Positions 51,701 through 64,000 of a DNA stretch of 64,000 bases are shown here, in pieces (position 1 is the first letter of the stretch; each line of letters opens with the position of its first letter). The notes beneath the pieces are model-generated. The model saw nothing but the letters and a program-made list of their open reading frames with translations. It made no database searches and was not told the origin of the DNA. This stretch comes from Adineta vaga (lineage: Eukaryota > Animalia > Rotifera), in contig CP075497.1 in the NCBI GenBank assembly GCA_021613535.1, forward strand, positions 8,060,001-8,124,000, given 5' to 3'. Made by a program: the position numbers and the translations under genes.

Positions 51701-53593
51701 AGATAAAAAAACAACGCAAACTAACCATTCAAAATTCATTATATGTTGATAATCATTTTGACTACAAATTTCGATTATTTTTGATAATAATTCATCACGA
51801 TAATGTGATCCTTCAGCTTTATGCATATGAGCTACTAATTTTCGTACAATATCCATCAAATTTTTTCTTGATACCTAAGAAACATTCATGAAAAAATAAT
51901 CGAATCTTTCAACAAATACAATTTTTTTACCATGCCAGAAAGTAAATCAAGTGCTCGTAAACGAATGGATTCATCTTTATCATCGAGACATTGAAGAATC
52001 AAGTCATTATGTTGTTGAACACTTTTAGGATGTGTTTGTAAGATTCTTGACATTGCAAGTAAACCAAGATATTTTACTAGATGAAAAATAAACCAAGTTT
52101 ATTAAGGATTCTTCTCCAATCTTCCTTTTTCTCTCTTACAATTTTGATCGGAATCTTCAATAAGAATACGAAGTTTTTGTACACATAATTGAATGGAAGC
52201 ATTATGATTAGGTAAACCCGACGAAATCGAAACCAAAACTAGATTAAAACAAATATAAATTGAGAAGAAAAATGATTATTCCGATGTTTTGTTTTCTGTA
52301 CCAGCAATGACAGTATTAATACATTCATAGAGTAAAGACATAGCTGATGTACTATGAATGAGATTGGTTAATGGTTCAATTAATTTCTTGCCTAACCGTG
52401 GTTCCAATGGTGTTAATGCACCGAACTAAAATATTTGACAAATAAGAAAAGAAAATTGAATTAATAATTTGTAAAGAAACTAAAAATTTCTTCTACCAAT
52501 TTAATAATTTTAATTAAAACCCAATTATTTGATGATGTTGTCATTAATCGAAAGAAAATCGGTGCTAATGGAAGATAATTTTTTGGATTACGTCTTGCTA
52601 ATTCGCAGATAACATTGACAGCTGCTGCTTGAACACCTGTTAAAAAGCAAATGAGAAAACAGTTGAAGACGAAATTTTCTTTTTTCAATAATCAAACCTG
52701 GATCCGGATCTTCCAATTTTTCACGTAAACGTGGAAATGCAGGTTTAAGTGCATCAGGGTTATTTAAAAATACTTTATATAAAAGTAAAACTGCTCTTTT
52801 ACGAACATATGGTTTTGTTGATGTCATCTAAATGTAATCAAATTTATGTTTTTTTTTTCAATCTAAAACCTAAAGAGAATGTATCTGTTCTTCATACCTG
52901 AATCATAATATCATTCGCTAAATCTCTTGCTAGATCAGCATTGATAAAACATGACAAACCACTCATTGCTAATCCAGCTTCATACATTGATGAACTATTC
53001 AAATCCTAAAAGAAATCATTCCATTTAAATAGAAATAGTAAAATCAAGAAAATAGATCATTCTACTTTTCGAATCATATTTGTTGTTAACATTAACACAT
53101 CTGTTCCTTCATGAAAACATTGCGATGCAGCCAAATATCCAATTCTCTACATAAATCAAAATTCAAACATATATTCCAAAAACTGTTCATACATACTTTA
53201 AATGTAAATTTATTTGAACTCATTACTTCAATAATATTAAATGCACTCCATGAGATATCATAGCCCAACATTTGAAGCTAGAAGAAAATTAAAAATATGA
53301 ATTCTTTTCTTCATTCAAATTCTTACATATGTTAATTTATTAACAGCATTTGCTTTAGCTGACATATTATCTTGTTTAAGTTCTTGTTTGATTTCATCAA
53401 TAGCTTCATTGATATATTTCGACTGGAAAAATTCAATGAGAAAAAACTTATTTGAAAAAGATAAATATGAATATCATACTTCATTATCTTTATGATTTCG
53501 AATTCCTCGAACAAGATCATGTAAACTTTTATCAAACATGGGTCCAAAACTATCTTTCGCTTTTTTCACTACTTGATCCATTGTTGTCGACAT
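48761..53593 (-). CDS. AP3D1: AP-3 complex subunit delta
   Basis: MFDKSLHDLVRGIRNHKDNE, KPYVRKRAVLL, ELARRNPKNYLPLAP, LNPVAGKAQRKVAVPAG|LDLDAWINDPP, ear domain ending LLEEIKTFLK*. Confidence 0.96.
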
Positions 53594-53714
53594 GACGTTT
53601 ACACTAAATAAACGAGAATAATAATTTCATATATATATATATATATCTGTATGATAGACATCGTTCAGCCGCCATTTTTCTCTATCATCAACCTTCCTCA
53701 TTTGTCTATTATAG
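53594..53714. promoter_or_regulatory. Very short head-to-head spacer between AP3D1 and SLC35B1 with a YY1-like CCGCCATTTT site and a (TA)n tract
   Basis: 121 nt between divergent start codons; CCGCCATTTT at 53669-53678. Confidence 0.55.
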
Positions 53715-55145
53715 ATGTCCTACGATTTCATATCGTGAGCGTATTTTTCTTCTCTATGTGATCGTTTGTCAAAAGCAAAACAAAAAATAATATACACAAC
53801 GGCTACGAAAGTTGATCTTTTTCCATCAAGTGTGGTTTTTAAAACCATACATGATAGTGTTCATCAACGAAAATCTTCTCGAATCGATCTGAATATCAAA
53901 CTTAATCAATTGAAATTATTTTTTAATAAATCATCTATCAAATTAGTCGTTTCTTTTTTGGGTATATTCATTTCATATTTAATTTTTGGAATTATTCAAG
54001 AATCAATGTAAGCGAAAAATTGAATTACATTATTGAAATAAAATATCTCATTCTAGTGTTAAAGGAATCTATGGAAAAAATGATAAATTTACATTTATTT
54101 TATCACTGGTCTTTTCTCTATGTATCTTTAATGCTATTGTATCAAAAATAAGTATGTAACAGATTGATTCTCGATCATAAGAATAGTTTTATTGTTGGGT
54201 AGTTTTAATCGTTCGAAAATCTCATCGAGATACAACACCTTCGGTTATGTATGCATTTGTATCGTTTACATATCTATTTGCAATGCTTTCGAGTAATTAT
54301 GCATTAGAATTTGTGAGTTATCCAATGCAGGTGGGAATTTATTCAAATGATTGAGAATGAAATTTTGTTTTTGAAACAATTGTTTTAGGTTTTGGGAAAA
54401 TCGGCTAAACCTGTACCGGTGATGCTTTTAGGTGTATTATTAGCAAGAAAACGATATCCATTGAGGAAATATTTATATGTTTTATTGATTGTTTTTGGCG
54501 TGATTTTGTTTATGTATAAAGAGCCGAAAGAAACAGCGAAAGCACTGGATGAAGGTGAAATTTTCGGAATTGGAGAGTTTCTTTTGGTAGGTTTTTCTCT
54601 TTGAAAAAATCGTTGAAAGTTTATGATTAAAAAACACACGTTTTTTGTTAACTTAGTTTGTCTCACTTATCTTCGATGGTTTAACAGGTGGTATACAAGA
54701 TCGTATTCGTGAGAAACATAAAGTTCAAGCATATCATATGATGTTTTCCATGAATCTCTGGTCATGTTTATGGTCATTTATAGGCGTTCTTGCTACTGGT
54801 GAATTTTATGGTTTTATTGATTTTCTTCAAACTTATCCAAATACTATTTCAAACATTCTATTACTTGGCTTAACTGGTGCAATAGGACAGGTAAATCATA
54901 CTGAAGCAAAAATAACTTCTCTGGTTGAATTGTACATCTTTCTTCTCTAGAACTTTATCTTTCTTACGATCGAATGGTTTGGTCCATTAACATGTTCAAT
55001 AGTTACAACTACACGGAAATTTTTTACAATTCTCTGTTCAGTATTTATCTTTGGTAACCTTCTAACAGTTCGTCAAACATGTGCAACGATACTTGTATTT
55101 CTCGGGCTGTTTCTCGAAGAAATACATGGCAAGAAAAAACACTGA
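53715..55145 (+). CDS. SLC35B1: Solute carrier 35B1 (UDP-galactose transporter-related ER carrier); start exon inferred
   Basis: [20 protein letters not shown]|[42 protein letters not shown]-terminal KKKH ER-retrieval signal. Confidence 0.9.
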
Positions 55146-55403
55146 TATCAATGTTTATTATCATTCCAATTCTGGTTTTTTTAGTGAATCAACGTTTTCT
55201 GTTATGCTTTTCTTTTCAATTTTTGTTATCAGAATAGAGCCAAATAAAAAAAAAAGAACATTTACGTCATAACAAGGTCATTGTACTGAAAACAACATTA
55301 CATCCATCCTTGACAAGAACGCAAGAGAAAAAAGGAGTAGCATAGAAGGCAAAAAAGAAACAGCAGTTGATTTTGCTTCGAAAAAAAGAGTCGTAGATCA
55401 TCG

Positions 55404-57047
<1,644 letters not shown>

Positions 57048-57496
57048 ATAACGCATTCGTTTTTCTTCAATTCATTTACTAATATATTCAAAGTATATCT
57101 TTTAGTCTTTATCATAATTTTTTCTTTTCCAATATAATACGACATATTCGGTCGATAATAGACACATTTAACTTATCAACCACGTGTATGATTCATATAC
57201 ATATATCGTGGTGAATCTATTCACAAAAACTTGTTCAACTACAAAGAAAAAAAGGTAAGTTTTAGAAGAAGAATATATAAAAATGTAGAATAGCAAAAAA
57301 AGAAAACTTCATATTTCTTGAAAAAAAAATATTCTAAAAATAAACATGTTCAATAGAACGACTGTTTGAAAGCAAAACAAAAACACTTGCACAGAAAAAC
57401 TTAGTGCTAAGAAAAAAAAACCTAATAGAAAAAAGAAAGGAGTGGCATAGCGCGCACATATTCAAAGGAGAAAAATTCAAATCACTTGTACAACAA

Positions 57497-61710
<4,214 letters not shown>

Positions 61711-63649
61711 ATTAATAATAAGACTTCAATCCGTAAGGGTGAATCAACTGTAACAAGAAATAATTAAATATCTTTGTTTTTATTTAATGAAAGAAAGTCA
61801 TTATTCATACAATAGATTTTGGTTGTTAGATTCAATTTGAAGATATCTGCTTTATCTCTTACTGTAAATTGATATTTTTCTCTTAATGTTCGATTATTTT
61901 CAGACTAGTCGATGCTTTTTCGGACGATCTGACCACGTGGATGTTATAGATATTTGGATCCATGTTGCGTTCTCTCCAGGCATGGACAAAAGGATGTACT
62001 GCAATGAACGGTCAGCTTTAAGAAGAGAAAAAGATATCCGGTCATTTTCGATGCTTATATATATATATGTATATGAACGAGCTAAATTCAAATCGAGGGT
62101 TCCAAGATATAAAGAATGAGAAGGAAGTGAATATCGACATACAAATGAAACTTGTGTTCATGTTTTTGACTGAATAGCATGGAGCTGTTTCCATTATTTG
62201 CATTAGTCTTATATAGATTCCTGAAGGGATAAATGAGACTTTAGCAGAGCATATTTTCTTTCAATGGATTATTACGCTTGGAAAAGACCTTCTGAGAACA
62301 TGTGTTTGACAATAATTTTGCCAAAAAAAAACAACATTGAATCATGTTCATATTCAACAAATGTATCAAGTCACGCATTCATGTAAAACAGTTGATGAAA
62401 CTTTGATAAATGTCTTTCTAATTGTGACATTTCCATATTATCTGGATATGAAAATCATCAATATAAATGATCTGATAAGATCTATTAGCTATCTGTCATA
62501 TTATATTAATAATTACACTAATGAAAACTTTTTGACATATAAATTACTTTTATTAAAAAGTTTTATAAACTTGAAACACGAAGAAATGTCTTCAATTCTT
62601 CCGCATCACTATAAAATCATATATAACAAAAATAACGCAAGCCTTTTAATGCCAACATCTTGTCAAATGAGGAATGAAAGTTTACATGCAATAACTAATC
62701 AAATTGGATGCAAATTTTTTCTTCTTCTTATAGTACACAACAAGAGTAGATTGGTATCATTTTTTTGCAGGTTATAAAAGTAAGTACATATTTGTATTAA
62801 TGAATGAAAAAAACTTTCCTTTCTGCTGTGTAGAAAACGTCTCTTGCACTCGAAGCATTTTGTTTTTGTTTAATATACCTGCTTAAACTTGTTTTTAACA
62901 TAACCAATAGAGAGAAATAAAGAACATTTGCACAAAAAAGGTATACCTACCTACTTTAAGCGGATCGATTTCGTCATGATAAACATTCACCTTTCTAATA
63001 TCGATACAAATAATCAAAATGATATTCAGTCATTTTACTTTCACAATAGTTTAGCTAGCAATGCATATTTCGATGGCTATATTCACTAATAATAAAACTA
63101 TAGAATACCACTTTCTCATCAAATTTTCTCATGTAAAAATCTTTTGCATATGATTAACTAAAAACTGTTTTTTTCTCTCTCTATATCCTGTTGGGTACAT
63201 GTTTTGATTAATATGACCCCTTTTTTTTCTCTTTTCTTTATATTAGCAACGCCAATATAGAGTTATTTTCGTCGCAGATGTGTTTTTTTCTTCTCCTTTT
63301 TTTCTGACTAAAGGATAGAAGTTTTTTCTTCGCAACAACAATTCTTGCTCTGTTTCTGACGTCTCGTCTTCTAAACGTTAGACAGAACGACAAATGTGTG
63401 TTGGTATAGTGTTCTAACTGGAAGAAATAGAATATTAGGGTTTTTTCTCCTCTCTTTTTTGCCGAGCTCGAAACGTTCGAACGAAGACAAAAACATAAGC
63501 GTGTTTCTTACATTGAGAGAAGAATTACGCATGTTCTTTCTTCTGTTTATTTTTAGTATTTTGTTTTACTATTACGATTGCTGTTGTTGTTGTTGTTGTT
63601 TTAGATCGCGGTGGATTGTTATTGAAAACTTTGTCAACATAGAAAAGCT

Positions 63650-64000
63650 ATGTCAAAATCATCAACAAAAGTTCCTTTGACGGATAAAGATCGTCGTAAA
63701 CAAATATCAATTCGTGGTTTACCAGTCTTAGAAAATGTAGCATCAGTTAAAAAAACATTCAATCGTCATTTACATTTTACAATTGTCAAAGATCGTAATG
63801 TTGCTACCAATCGTGATTATTATTTATCAACAGCTTATACTGTACGTGATCATCTTGTTGGTCGATGGATTCGTACACAACAACATTATTATGAAACTGA
63901 TCCCAAACGAGTTTATTACTTATCATTAGAATATTATATGGGACGATCATTATCAAATATGATGATCAATCTTGGAATTGAATCAGAATTAGATGAAGCT
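63650..64000 (+). CDS. PYG: Glycogen phosphorylase, 5' part (runs off the window)
   Basis: [56 protein letters not shown]. Confidence 0.97.
   Translation, partial: MSKSSTKVPLTDKDRRKQISIRGLPVLENVASVKKTFNRHLHFTIVKDRNVATNRDYYLSTAYTVRDHLVGRWIRTQQHYYETDPKRVYYLSLEYYMGRSLSNMMINLGIESELDEA

Noticed and set aside
61886-63680. Short ORFs between PIWI and glycogen phosphorylase, and a possible piRNA-cluster or TE relic
   Set aside because: No domain similarity, repeats or transposon hallmarks are visible.

Overview
AT-rich, gene-dense eukaryotic (metazoan) DNA with many ~50-65 nt GT-AG introns. The intron size, codon usage and intron-containing genes of fungal/bacterial type suggest a bdelloid rotifer; this is an inference. 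About 24 intron-containing genes were reconstructed by eye: HDAC6-like (partial), a GaaA-like D-galacturonate reductase, a rhodopsin-class GPCR, an E2-fold protein lacking the catalytic Cys, a CD36/LIMP-2-like receptor, a coiled-coil protein ending in an eEFSec domain-4-like module, RBM15/Spenito, an F-BAR RhoGAP, a bHLH-PAS factor with a frameshift, FAM228-like, a divergent Kv channel, a GT23 fucosyltransferase with a frameshift, golgin-97, a 4-TM protein with a Cys4 tail, an MddA/nurim-like methyltransferase, cyclin Q, THOC1, AP3D1, SLC35B1, SQOR, PIWI and glycogen phosphorylase (partial). The best leads are: (1) eEFSec domain 4 detached from its GTPase and fused to a coiled coil; (2) a tightly packed co-directional run AP3D1-THOC1-CCNQ-MddA-like with 3' splice acceptors directly before start codons, suggesting an SL trans-spliced operon; (3) the bHLH-PAS gene with a +1 frameshift and a dual-frame last exon; (4) two candidate horizontally acquired enzymes. 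All family assignments come from recalled motifs, not database searches. No rRNA, tRNA, CRISPR array or intact transposon was recognised.
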